Part shown: positions 48,923-61,975 of the stretch, one piece after another
Position numbering within the stretch: position 1 is the stretch's first letter
Layout: every line of letters begins with the position of its first letter
NCBI GenBank assembly: GCA_026770705.1
Contig: JANJGN010000008.1
Span: 86,242,001 to 86,306,000 of the forward strand
From: Isurus oxyrinchus
Taxonomy: Eukaryota
Direction: 5' to 3'
Length of the DNA: 64,000 nucleotides
Translations under genes and position numbers: made by a program
The notes under the pieces: model-generated
What the model saw: the letters and a program-made list of their open reading frames with translations, nothing else
What the model was told of the DNA's origin: nothing
Databases searched by the model: none

Positions 48923-51900
48923 ATTCTACAAGTCTAAGACTTGTGGGGAAATGTCCATATTGAAAATAATTTCATATGCTGCAATGATTGCTGGATGACT
49001 TTGCATTGCCATTTAATGTTATTTCAGCTACTGGGGTATGGCTTCTCCCATTCTTTGGAGGAATGTCACCCTCCATCAATGAATAGAATTGCCATTGTCT
49101 AATCAGTGGGGAGAGGGTGAGGTGGGGGAGGGGGTGGGGGGGGGGGTGCTGGTGGGGATCGGCCTGGATACAATGCTTTTAAGAAAGATGCATTAGGTGT
49201 GCTCATGGTTTCTTGTCTCACTGTGCAGCATACAAGGCTTCATTTCTGGGCCATGTTCTTATTTCTACTTCTTTCAAGATGCAGCACTGAAAATACAAGA
49301 AACTATAATAAAACAGTTGACTATCTCCAAGCTTCACTGGACCAGGAGAAGAAGTGAAAGGTAGCTGTGCATATAGTGGTTGAGCTTTATTCCCCCAAAC
49401 GTCTGAAATGTATCGCAAGTAAGAGAGAAATGACACATCGCATGAAAGGTCCCACCACTAGTCAAACCTTCCCTTTCGGACGTTGACTGTGCATTTCTGG
49501 TATTTTCGGTTTTTGTTCCATGCCCTATTGTGATCAGAGCAAGTGGACTCCTTATACATCATTTACTAAATGACTGGGCAGCAGGTATTGGAGGTGTTCC
49601 TAGCAAATTCCTAAAAATTCCTCTGAATGCAGGAGTTGGACAGGAGTGGCAATAGTCATGGAGACTAGTACCTGGAACCGCTGATTCAACTTGGAACTAC
49701 CCTCCTGTGCTGTAATGGATTTAATGGATAAGAAGAAAATTGATCATCAAAAACATATCTGTCTATATATTAAAATTCCTGTCTTTTAAGTCTTATTTCT
49801 TGCCACCACATTTTGTCACTCTCGTCTGTCAACTTCCCTCATTAATAATGGAAACTGCCCATGTAAACTGTACCATCCCACAACATCCAATGCCTCCATT
49901 TTATGTCTCCTCCACAGGCTGTACCTGCAGAGAAACTCTAGCCACCTAATTCTGATTTCCAAATTATTGTGAGTTTTTCCACTTAACTACCAGCAATAAT
50001 ATGTTATTATGTAAAAATAAGGTATGAATTTAAAATGAGGATTGAACTATACCTGTGTAACTTGGTGCAATTTTCTCCTGCCCACTAGTCCTGCGTCACT
50101 TGGTCTCTTGGTTTCAACTCCCCAGTGGATTACCCTGGGAGGCTGAGGAGTCATTGATTAAAAATGTTACCTTTCCTGTCCACAAACTTTGCTTCCTGTT
50201 CTCAGTATCTTTTAAAATCACAATCTTTATTTAAGTTCCATATGTAAAGATTTTTAATTGAATTTCCCAAAATAAAAAAGCTGCTTTTAACTCCGAGACA
50301 AATATACACCCTCAAAAATCTTTTTCAAAAAAAGTTTGTCATGTTTTCCTCATATCTAAAATTCATAATGCCCAAAATTCAAGAAAAAAAATCACAATAA
50401 AATTCTTACATTTTCCACTGAATTGACTTTTGCGTCATTGACGTTTTTACTTCAAAGCCTCAGCCTGTCTAAACACCCACCAGGGCAGGAATACTTGTCA
50501 TCTGGCCTTCAGACATCCTGCTTACTCTTCCTCCATTTCTAACCATGCAGGACAAGCTGGCACACAAGAGGGAGAGGTCACAGACCAGTGGCAGAATGCC
50601 TGAAATCAAGGTCCTCACGGATTTTGAAAACAGAGCCGTCCACCTGGCCAGCGAGGATCTGGACTGTTCCTGCGCTGACGTCAGTGCTGCTCTACCAAGT
50701 GAGGATCCAGCAGTGCAACATCCATCAGTCAACCATGTCATGAGTGATGTGTCCTCTTTCACAGGGCACTGCCTTGCACTAATTATCTCCTCTTGCTTCC
50801 GCAGGCACATCTGCCAGACAGCCGATGGAGTCTATGACCCAGGGCCTCCAATCAAGCCCCAAAGAAACCTCTGAAGAGGAATCTGGAGACACTCTCCCTG
50901 AAGTCCCGTCACAGCGCTCACCCACACCCTCCACCAGTGCAGAGACACACACCTCGGTGGGACCTAGCTTTAGAGTAGCCTCGAGAGCACAATCTGGTGA
51001 GCACATTGCACTGCCTGATCCAATGCCGGCGGCGGCAGGGACTTCCCAGGTATCCGGCACTCAGGGGACGGCTGGAGGCCAGAACGTTGCTGAGTCTGAG
51101 TCAGATGACGAGCCTCTGGACTTGGTAATGTCACAGTTGCTGGAGCTGCAAAGGCAAGCTAGGGAGCAACAGGAAGGGATGTCCGCTGCACTCCTCAGAT
51201 TCCAAGGCATGATGGAGGAGTCTGTCTGCCTTCAGTCTGAGGTGTCGGCATGCCAACACACCGAGGCCAACACTGGTAGGATGGTGGTCGCCATGGAGAT
51301 CTTGGTCCTGGACAACACTCCTGCAATGCTGCGTGGCCTGAACGCCATCGCTGATGCCATAGTTGACCTCCAATAGTGTGTACGCGAGAGGTGTGCTGGG
51401 TAACTACCCTGCTCCTCAAGGAGTCAACTTGGGGTCCCCGGACACCCACAGGGAGGAGGATCCACAGGTGCACACTCCGGGGCCATTCATCTAGGTGACT
51501 CCCAAGAGTTTCCTGCCCATCCAACTCCCATCTTCCTGTGACTTCAGCAGCTCTAGCTTCACAGGCCGAGGAGGGTGTCACTTCAATACAGCAGGACCTT
51601 GAAAGCAGGCCAGGGCCCTCCAAGTGTCGACCCTCCAGAGTACGTCCACCAAAGTCATCATTGACAGGGTGTCACAGTTAGCAGGCTGCCTCCAACTCCG
51701 CTGTGGATGTCTGGGGAGCACCAAGACATAGTGGCAGGGTTAGGACAGTTAAGGAGAATTAGTTGCACAGCCTGGGCATGGGCATTAATCACTTGTACAT
51801 ATTGTTCATTATTGTCAATAAACTCTCAAGAATGTCTCCTTGCCTATGGCTTCTTGTTCTGATGAACAGTGTTCCTGTCACTCGGATGTGAAACCTTTCT

Positions 51901-52460
51901 GCACAAGACAAAGGCAGGTGTCTCAGTCCAGGGCCTCCTCCCTCGGCTGTTCCAAAGTGATGGGCCAGCCTCACACTCACTGGACACATTACTGATGCCT
52001 GCACCTCGATGGTGCTTGTCATTGCAGTCAGAATGTAGTGGGTAGGCATCACAGAGTTCTGTCATTCTCTCTGTGTTCTCTCAGTGCCTTTATGGAGGGG
52101 CTGGTCCCCATCTCTTCAGCATCTGTGACCACTGGTGCTGTGCTCCAGCTCCTGAAGGGCTCAGGTGCTGAAGACGGACAAAAGCACCAGATGCTTCTAA
52201 AGTTTCATGACTGCATTTCAATGATATGACCCTGATCATGGAGCGAAAGCGAGCCAGACAGGAGTCAGACATTCTCAGAGGCAGTGTGAAGATCTATGGA
52301 GTGTCCTCACTGCATGTTGTCATCATCCTCCTGCAATCGAGTGACTATTAGGGCCTCCAAGCATCTCCATGACAGGAGCATTCCCACAGAGGGTATTTGC
52401 TCTGCCATAAGCCAAACTGGAGTCATTCACAAATGCGATGTGAGGAACTATGGGGTCGCC

Positions 52461-53686
52461 TCACTGCATGTTGTCATCATCCTCCACAAATTTAGAGGTT
52501 TGAAAGCCTCCTGAGCACACCTACCTCGCCTAGCCTGTGTGAGGGCCTCATCCCTGTCATCATTGCCTCCGAGGTCCTCCTCAGCCTCATCCCCATTGGT
52601 GTCCTCGTCATTGGAGGAGACGTGCAGTTCCTCCATCGCCTTCTCAGCCAGATCGTCTCCCCGTTGCAGTGCCAGGTTGTAAAGGGCACAGCAGACCACA
52701 ACGACAATGCGTGACACCCTCTGCGGACTGTATTGCAGGGCTCCAGACTGGTCCAGGCACCAGAACCTCATCTTCAGCATCCCAATGGTTTGCTCCACCA
52801 AATTGTGAGTTACAGCATGAAACTCATTATACCTTCGCTCTGCTGCAGTCGGAGGCTGCCACATGGGTGTCATCAGCCACATCCTCTGTGGGTAGCCCTT
52901 GTACTTGAGGAGCCAACCCTGCAGCTTCTGTGGACCCTGGAACATTCCAGAGACCTGTGACTGACTGAGGATGTAGGCGTGTGCACACCACTTGGAAACT
53001 GTGCGCATACCTGCAGGATGCATTGCTGGTGGTCGCACACCGACTACACATTCAGTACACTTGATGTAGTCCACCATGTGTTGCGATGGAGGTCTAAGCG
53101 CCACATGAGTGCAGTCAATCACACCCTGAAACTGTGGGAAACCCGAAATCTTGGTGAATCTAATCGCTCCTGCATCCTGGCTGTCCTGGTCCCGGGCAAA
53201 ATGCACAAAGTTGTGTGCCCTCACAAAGATGGCATTTGTGACCTTATGGATGCAGTTGTGGGCAGAGGTTTGTGATATCCCACAGAGGTCACCTGTGGAA
53301 CCCTGAAAGGAGCCACCGGCATAGAAATTGAGTGCTGCGGTCACTTTCGCTGCCACTGGCAGTGGATTCCCGCCATGTCCCCGTGGCGCCAGACCCTGGA
53401 GTATGGCAGATGTGACCAACCAGTTCCCTAAACAACCACAGTCTTCGGCAACACTGGTTTTCAATCAGCTGCAGGAATGAAAGGCGGCATCTATAGACAC
53501 TGGGTCTAGCTAGGCACCAGCTCCGACGGCTCACTGTGGCTTTTGGGTGGTGTGTGTGGGAGCCGCCCCTTTTTCCTGAGGTTGTTGCTCCCGCCTCTGT
53601 CCAGCCAGGAGCCTCAGGCACTCTCTCCTCCATCTTTTTCATGCTCTGTAGGCCATCAGGCATACGGCTAGTTCACCAGGCCCCAT
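52461..53686 (-). pseudogene. Harbinger DDE transposase, disrupted
   Basis: LPVAAKVTAALNFYAGGSFQ, QGVIDCTHVAL, GWLLKYKGYP (GD lost), VEQTIGMLKMRF, CCALYNLA. Confidence 0.93.
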
Positions 53687-54324
53687 GATCCTGATGTACT
53701 CCTCCTGCAGGATGAAAGAGAGAGACACATGGTTAGCATGGGTGTACAAAGAACCTGTCCTGGTTAAGTGCGACTTAACGCTTCACGAAGAGTGCTGGCC
53801 ACAACTTGGATGACCAGAGATTAGTGCACTGCAAGGCTGACCTGTTAACTTGAACCATGGGGGAGACTGGTCCAAACCGGGATGCTGACTTTGCAAGGGG
53901 CTGTGAGAGCCTCCAGCAGTGACTGCTCTATGGCCAGCTTTAGCGAGGAGGTTGTACAACGTGTGCAGTCCCACTACTCTGAAGTCCAGTAAAGTGCTGG
54001 TGGCGGTGGGGGGGGAGGTGGGGGGGAGGTGGGGGAGGGGTGCGGTGTTGCAGTGACAGGGGTGAAGCTCTGGAGAACTTGGTGGCACTTTGATGCCGCT
54101 GTGTTGCTTGAGTGGGCAGATAAGCTAGAGGCCTAACTCCAATCATATCAATGTGGCCGCACCTGAACTGTGTCAGCTGCGGAGGATTGTCACTTTCTAC
54201 AGGTTTTCAGAATGCATGACCACTTGCCTTGCCCACCCTAACCCCCCACCCCAAATGCTTGCGTGCTACCTTCAACAACAGGGCTGCCCTTACTCCACCA
54301 CCCCCCCCACCCCCCCACCCCCAC

Positions 54325-54610
54325 CACCAGTCACCTCAGAGGCTGGATTGCTCGTAACCACCACCCCACTGCCACCAGTCGCCTCAATAGCAAGGCTGCA
54401 CTGGCCTCTCGCCACAATTCACTCAACGGTAAGGCTGCACTTGGCTCCAGTACCCCTTCACCCTCAAAAGTCACCTCCGAGGCAGGGTGGCACTTGCCAC
54501 CTGCTCTTCCTCACCCTCACAAGTTGCCTCAGAAGCAAGGCTGCGCTTGCCCCCCGCCCCCCTCACCGTCAAAAGTCTCTTTCCAGGCAGAGCAGCCTTG
54601 ACCCCCTGCC
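54325..54610. repeat. Degenerate 40-60 bp tandem repeat in the Harbinger subterminal region
   Basis: Recurrent GTC(A/G)CCTC..AGGCTGC(A/G)CTTG followed by a C-rich stretch. Confidence 0.6.
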
Positions 54611-55056
54611 GTGCCACTGAAGCAACAGGCGACCTTGGCGATCTCTGCAGAATGTTGTTGTGCCCTCACCTCCAATTCACCCAAGTGCAAGCCACCAAGT
54701 GCACATTGCCTCTGTGCTGTTGTGAAACACATCGTCGAGCTTTCCCACCGATGTGGATGGACGATCCAGTGGGGGTGCAAGAGCCTGGCGGGATTACCTG
54801 ATAATGATATGCTGATGTATCACAATGAGGCTCCCGATAACTGACGGTGGGAAATGCGGCCCGCCGTTGGCAGGCTGAGCGGACAATTGCGACCTGCCTT
54901 CCCGTCGTCATGAAATCGATGACACCATATTGTCCGCTTGCACCACCTACCACGCCCGACGCCAGCGGGCATGGAAAATTCCGCCCAACATTTGTAAACA
55001 GCAATGGGTTCTGTAATGGTTTCTTTATTGATTAGACATGAAACCCAATAGGCTAT

Positions 55057-55155
55057 GGCCAGGATTTTGGGTGGGACCCGTTGCAGGCAGGACAGAAAAT
55101 TTGGCAAACAAGCAAAAAGTCTAAGTTTCAGCAGCAATTTTGGAAAATCCAGACC
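55057..55155. mobile_element. About 100-bp Harbinger-like mini-MITE
   Basis: GGCCAGGATTTT / AAAATCCAGACC ends; flanks TAT/TGT. Confidence 0.5.
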
Positions 55156-56654
55156 TGTATGTGGACAATGGGCTTTTTTATCCATCAACTGCCACATAAA
55201 GTTAAGAAAATTTCTTCTTATATCTCTTTTGAGATGCAACTTAGCTGTTCTGTTTTCCTATCTCATAACAGTGACTACATTACAAAGCTACTTTACTGGC
55301 ACAAACCTCTTTCAAGCAGGGCTCATTTCTATTTGATGCCCCATCTACTGGGGTCTGGTACCCCATGTGTCTGCTACATGGGATAGACACACTGCTAGGC
55401 ATTGTTTTAATGTTATCTACAACCTTTTCCTCCATTCCTTTCTCACCCCAATTCCCATCACCAAATCAGCAACCACTGTCCCCAGGCTACATTCCCAGGG
55501 CTCCGTGACATGTGAACTATCCCCAGTGCCACAGAGCCTGAGACCTTTCTCTCCACTGGCCCTAGATCACTGAATTCCTTTTCTTAATGGTCCTGCCACA
55601 CTGTTCCTTTAAACCAACATTTTGTGTTCCCAGATCTACAGCAACTTCTTTCCAGTGCTCCCAGATCCTGGGCAGTAAACCCTTCTACTACTAGTCCCTA
55701 ACATCCCATCTCCATTACTATCAGATTGTAGCCACCTTCCCGGTAGCTCAAGATGCCAAGTCTACCCTGAATGCCATTATGTCAATTTCCTTGACGGTAT
55801 CACTTGACGTTAACACCACTATTTTCACAGAAGTGCTGACTTGCAATGTGCGACAATTTGGAGACCTGCCAGGCTTTTTAAACAGGATAATGGATACATG
55901 GGACTGAATTACATGCTGGATTGTAACCTTAAAGCCCAATTGGTTACAATGGCACCACAGAGTACATTAGAGCTAAAGTCTAACTGCAGGGTTTTTGAAC
56001 ATTACAGAGCATTGATCAAATCTTCAACAATTTATAACCATCATGTGAAAATCAGGATAGGGTTAGAGCCTTTAAGCAGGTATCTATACATACTGTGGAG
56101 TGTCTGGAAGCAGATTCATCACCTCTTTTTATCAGTAAAATGTTACTGAAGATGGTGAGAGCCAGTGAACTCCGATATTGATGCTCAGTAATGGTCATAC
56201 TGTAGTATTAATGATTGACTCATTCATTGCAAACTAGTTGATTTAACTGCTGGGAAATTATTGTTGTTCCTTCATGCTTCTCATGGATTAAGAATGTTTC
56301 TACAGCTGCACCTCGCTCACCCTGACATGGAACTGATACCATGTCAGAGCATATCAGCAGCTCAAAGAATAACATAGGAATGAGGTTGAATAGGAACTGC
56401 CCCCTATAAATAAAGCATGATCAATGTGTCAAGATCTAATTCAAAAAGATCCAGCAGGCCTTGCCAGCCTGACATTCGAGGTGAAGACATTCTGTAGAGG
56501 CAAGAAGTCAATCCACCTGGTGGTCAGCACAACGGGTCTGTCTGCAGGATGAAAGTGCTGATTTGCAAGCGGTTAGGTCCAACACTGATTCCAATAAGAA
56601 GATATACAAAAGCACTGAGAACTATGTGGGGGTTGGGAAATCACAAAGAATACA

Positions 56655-56775
56655 GCTGATGTGTACACTACATGGATTGCGGTGGTTCGAGAAGGTGGCT
56701 CATCACTCCCTTCTCAAGGGCAATTAAGGATGAACAGTGCTAGCTTTTCCAGCAATACATCCCATGAAAACAATT
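56655..56775 (+). mobile_element. Tail of the second LINE family
   Basis: GCGGTGGTTCGAGAAGGTGGCTCATCACTCCCTTCTCAAGGGCAATTAAGGATG. Confidence 0.75.
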
Positions 56776-57933
56776 TTTAAAAATCAGCAGAACTGGAAAT
56801 TGGAGGAGAAGATGGACTGTATTTTGAAGCGAATAGATGAGGTGCATTTGACCAACGAACTCCAATAACACTCAAAAGGAAGACTCCAGCACACCCCTCT
56901 GATGCTATAAAACTTGAAGGGCAAGAATGATCGGTGTTAGCCCTTACAGTCACCAGGAAGCGGAACAAAGAGAAGACAGAAGCAGCAGCTTCATCGACTG
57001 ACTGACTACATTCTACTATGTACTGATCAGCTGTAGTGTGATTGTAAGTAAAGGGAACTTTCAGTCACAATACTGTAGGCTATTCATCCTATTCTGAATA
57101 CTAAAATTTGAACCATAAATTGAATTCAGAAACTATCTTCTGACAGTCCCTCGAAGCAAGAAGGATGCTTGCCATGGAGTACACCCCGTGGCAAGAACCT
57201 GCGTGAGGAGTCCTTTAATGTGGGGAGGCTGTTGCGCTGCAGCTACCACACGATTCTGGCTGACAGGAGAATCTCTTGCTCTTATTGCCAGCTGCCATAA
57301 GAAACTATGTAGAGTGACAGTCAATCTTGTAATCCTAGAGAAAAAGAACTTGCAAAAGGACTGGGCATAGATTTAACTGACAGATAGTTTCTGTTTTGAG
57401 TGTAAGTGGGAAATTGTGCTTGGCAATGCATTTGAAATTGTATTGGTTGGGTTAGGCTTCAAACTTCTGCAAAAATCTCATTTGTATAACCAACCTCAGC
57501 ATAAAGCCTTCCAAGAACCAGCTCATTTGGACAGCGTGTTAGGACGTAATAGTTACTTTTATTTTCTTTCCATGAGAGAATATTCCTTGGTGCATTTAAG
57601 AGTAGAAACCAAGTTTAGTTTTATTAACGCAGTTGAAAACATGTTTTCAGACACAATGGGCAGTTTTTTAAATACTGTTCAGTCTTTCAATTGTGAACAG
57701 CCTGATATAAAGTCACGAAAATGATGTTAAAAGACCATACTGTTATAGTTTTATTAGTTTCATTAACACAGGCTAGTCAGTTTCTTAGTGAGCTAAATAT
57801 TTTTTGTTAATAACTTAAAGAGTTTTCCCAAACCAATAGCATCAGTGGAATCTCACAATTTCGATCATGGGTGGGCGGGGTACACAGCTGGATTGTGAGA
57901 AAATTAAACCTTGAACCAACATTAAAGGTTATG

Positions 57934-58479
57934 GGGCAGAATTTTGCCCTTGGCGGGTGGGCAGGCAGGCTTGGCGGGGGTGGGCGGGTAGCCGACCGCT
58001 GCCCACAATGAGCACCTCACCGCGATTTCATGCTGGTGAGAAAGGATGAGCTGCCTCAGAGAGATGAAGAGATATTAAAAAAAAGTAATAAGGAAAATAA
58101 AAATGTAAGAAAACATGTCCCCTCAGGTGACTCTGTCACATGAGCAGGGACATGTTATTAATGAAAAATTAAAGTATTTATTTCATTTTTATTTGCTTTT
58201 GGAAATCTCATCCTGCCCATGGATGAGGTTTCCAAATATATGCAAAGGCCGCTTGGTCTTTTCGTCTTCCCACCAACCATTAGGTTGGACAGGCAGTGAA
58301 AAATTTACATTAATTAATGGCCTTGATGGGCCTTTTAATTGTCTGCGGGTGTGCTGCTGGCTCTGGCACACACCCACTGACCGAACTATCACGTGACTGC
58401 ACGCTTGGCCAACATCAATGCGTGTCATTTCAAACTCAAGCGGGACAGGTGTGTGCCTGCCAAGCGAAAATTTCTGCCC
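57934..58479 (-). mobile_element. Harbinger MITE (reverse orientation, internally deleted)
   Basis: GGGCAGAATTTT / AAATTTCTGCCC; TSD ATG on both sides. Confidence 0.92.
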
Positions 58480-59874
58480 ATGGAGAAGACAATTCTAAAT
58501 GGTTTTGGATGTAATCCATTTACATTTAAAATTCCCCGACCTTTTTGTGTTGGTTTGGCCAATTTTGCTCTGATTGCACAAATATAATTAACACAAGTAA
58601 GCAGAAGCTTGATCATTTTCTTGTCACGAATTTAACTTTATGCTCTTCTGTTCGTTGGTCTGAATGGCCATAAAGTAATATTTTAGACTGACATTTTTGC
58701 CATTTAATACTTTGCATAGTTCTATAAATTCAGCCCTAATCCCTAGAATTCTCAGGTTCTCTAGATCTCATTTTCTTAACACTTGCTCTTCGTTAAAACC
58801 TTCCCAATACTTCCCAGACTACACGTCCGCTCATGAATTTCAATGATTCTAAAGCTTGTTCATATTCACTGGGAGTGCAAGTACTCTTGTCCATGCTACA
58901 GTCCTGTTTACGAGTTCATGCATACCTCAGTCTGAATACATGCATTTCAAGTGAAAGGTAAAGCTGAAAAAACATTTGTGCAGCACTCAAAAACCATGAA
59001 CTTGCTCGCTTATGTCTCTGATATCACCACATTCTTTTCTGTGGGGCAAAAGTGGCAGTGCAACTGCAGCCTCAATCTATAGTGCCTAATGTACTTGTTA
59101 ATCACTGTGTACAAGTACCTGGCTTGAGCAAATCCTTCAGATGATGTCCTGTATTTTGTTGCTTCTCACCACAATGACCAGCAAAGCGAAACCTCAGTCA
59201 AAAAGCTTTTCTTGTTTGCAATGGTTTTCTTGATGTGATTTTCTGCAAGTTGACTGAAAAAGACTCACTTAGCACTCAAATTTATCCCAACAGTACAGCT
59301 TTAAAGGGACATGGTCTTCAGGAAAGAAAAAAAATGTTTGGCAAAGCCAGTTTTGCTTGGGGAAGGAGATCAGAGAAAAACATGCATTGTTTGCACAATG
59401 AGGAAATTTTAGACAAAAGAAACAAGGGCGAGTTCCAGCACAAATGTGTCATGATATTGTTTGTGGCCTTCCCATGAGAAAAGGTTCTCCAAACACTATT
59501 TTTAATCAAACCCACACCTCTTAAAAACTTTCCTCAGATTTTCAGCACCTTTTAAGAATGCCTTGACAGCATTGATTGAACATATCTTGAGACAGAAAGG
59601 AAAAAAAGAGAGATGAGAGGTGATGCTTTTCAGAGGATAACATGCTAATGAAATGCTTTTGTTTCACTTACACTGTATGTTTAGTCCCAAACTGTCAATG
59701 AATTCCCCAACAATTACAAATTTAGCCCAATTGTTTCTTTAATGTTTGCCAGTTTGAAAATGATTGCTTTTATTTATCCACACATAATTGTGCAAACTGG
59801 CAAAAATATAAATGGAAAAGCAGAATAAAATACAATGAGCACTGCCTGTTCCTTTTTTCCGATTTCTATGGTAC

Positions 59875-60085
59875 AATAAGAACTTGTATTTGTATGGTGT
59901 TTTCAATGTAATGAAACATTCCATGATACTTCACAGGAAGATTATAAAACAAAATATGGCACTGGACCATAAGGAGATATTAGGGCAGATGACAGGTAAT
60001 GTTATGGAAGTGAAATAATTGGCCTTATTGATGCCGTGGATGTGTGGCTGAAAGCTCATATTGAGTTCAAATATGACATTTAGGT
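59875..60085 (-). mobile_element. L2-type tail and fragment
   Basis: AACTTGTATTTGTATGG..TAGGGCAGATGAC matches 11165-11277. Confidence 0.65.
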
Positions 60086-60239
60086 TCATATAACACATTG
60101 CACCCCGAATACTTTCTGGCTGATTTTCCTGTCTTATCTCCTGTATACATAGATGCACAAGTGCAAAGGAATCAAAATGAATCCTATACTTTACTGGGTG
60201 CTTTCCTATTCAATCACAGAACAGAAAAAACTAATACAA

Positions 60240-61570
60240 GATCACAGAATCACAGAATTGTTATAGCACAGAAGGATGCCATTCAGCCCATCGCATCTGT
60301 GCTGGCTCTGCAACTGAGCAATGCACCTTATGCCATATCCCTCCTTCTCCCCATAACCCTGCACGTTTGTTCATTTTGGATAATAATCCCATTCCCCCTT
60401 GAATGCTTCAATTGAACCTGCCTCCACCACATTCTTAGGCAGCGTATTCCAGATCCTAACCACTTACTGTGTGAAAAAGTTTCTACTCATGTCTCCATTG
60501 CCAACTACCTTAAATCTGTGTCATCTCATTCTCAATCCTTCCACCAATGGGAACAGTTTCTCCCTATGTACTCGGCCCAGATCCCTCTTGATTTTGAATA
60601 CCTCTACCAAATTTCCTTTCAACCTTCTCTTCTCTAAGGAAAACAGTCCCAACTTCTCCAACCTATCTATATAACTGAACATCCTCATCACTGGAACCAT
60701 TCTCGTGAATCTTTTCTGCACACTCTTTAATGCCTTCATACCATCCCTGAAGAGTGGCACCCGTAACTGGATGCAATATGTAGCTGAGGCTTTATCAGTG
60801 TTTCATATAGTTTAACATAACCTCCTTGCTCTTGTACTCTATGATCCTATTAATAAAGACTAGGACACTAAATGCTTTATCAACTGCTCTCTGAACCTGT
60901 GCTGCCACCTTCAATGACTTATGCATGTATATATCCATGTCTCTCTTCTCGTGCACTCCCTTTAGAACTGTACCCTTTATTTTATATTGTCTCTCCTCAT
61001 CCTTCCTACAGAAATGAATCACTTCACACATCTTTGCATTAAACTTCATCTGCCACTTGTCCGCCCATTCCACCAATTTGTCTATGTGCTTTTGAAGTTC
61101 TACACTATCCTTCTTACAGTTCACAATGCTTCCTAACTTCATATCATCTGCAAATTTTGAAATTGCACCGTTTACACCAAGGTCTAGCCCATTCATCTAT
61201 ATCACGAAAAGCAAGGGTCCCAACACTGACTCTGAGGGTCTCCAATAAAAACCTTCTTCCAGTCTGAAAAACATCCATTAACGACTGCTCTTTGTTTCCT
61301 GCCACTCAGCCAATTTTGTATCCATGTCGCTAATGTCCCCATTATTGCATGAGCTATAACTTTGCTCACAAGTCTGTTGTGTGGCACTCTATTAAATGCC
61401 TTTTGGAAGTTCATATACACCACATCAACAGTATTAACCTCATCAACCTTTTCTGTAACCTCTTCAAAAAACTCAAGAAAACTAGTTAAACGTGATTTGC
61501 CTTTAACAAATCCATGCTAGCTTTCCCTATTAACCCACATTTTCTCACGTAATTATTAATTTTGTTTCTA
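60240..61570 (-). mobile_element. CR1 LINE RT domain plus 3' UTR
   Basis: FQKAFNRVPHNRL, WLSGRKQR, KFADDMKL, WQMKFN, RRLKGNL; (ATTCTGTG)n tail. Confidence 0.95.
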
Positions 61571-61602
61571 GAAGTTTTTGGGATATTTTGCATTTTCTAG
61601 TT

Positions 61603-61975
61603 TGAGTATTGCTGAAAAAAGAGACATTTTGAAGCTTTTCATCTGACACTCATCAGGACACTTCATTAGAATACCAGCCATTCGCTGACTCATTCCTCAG
61701 GGCAATGCCTTGGCCAATCAAGATCAAGTTGCCTGCTTTAAGTTTCAAACAATGCTTGGCAGTTAACTGTCAATCACCATCAATTGATGCATTCTCCATG
61801 GCAACACCTCTACCAATCAGAGTCCACTTGCCAACCAATCAGCACTCTCTTTTCAGTATACAGTACAATTTATACAGTATAAATTGTTGTTTTTCTCTTT
61901 ACTAGTATTCTTGCGAAGTACCCTGATGACTGCAAGACAAAAGCTTCAACATGTTTCTTTTTTCAGCAATACTTG
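61603..61975. mobile_element. Penelope-like element with inverted terminal copies and hammerhead cores
   Basis: 61604-61664 is an inverted copy of about 61914-61974; CTGATGA..(G)AAAAGCTTC in both. Confidence 0.8.

Larger units (their letters stand above)
50470..54986 (-). mobile_element. Harbinger transposon in reverse orientation, Myb-side end truncated
   Basis: TIR AAAATTCCGCCC ending at 54986; transposase on minus strand; Myb-gene exons 2-3 on plus strand (QDKLAHKRERSQTSG). Confidence 0.9.

Noticed and set aside
52448-53464. 338-aa ORF as an intact active transposase
   Set aside because: It switches frame through compensating indels (garbled middle and N-terminus), and the GD catalytic motif is lost.
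56940-57050. AG..GTAAGT-bounded exon candidate
   Set aside because: Stops in all three frames; a non-coding exon cannot be supported from sequence alone.
59115-59250. Minus-strand exon candidate
   Set aside because: Stops occur in the frames tested between acceptor and donor, and no peptide is recognisable.
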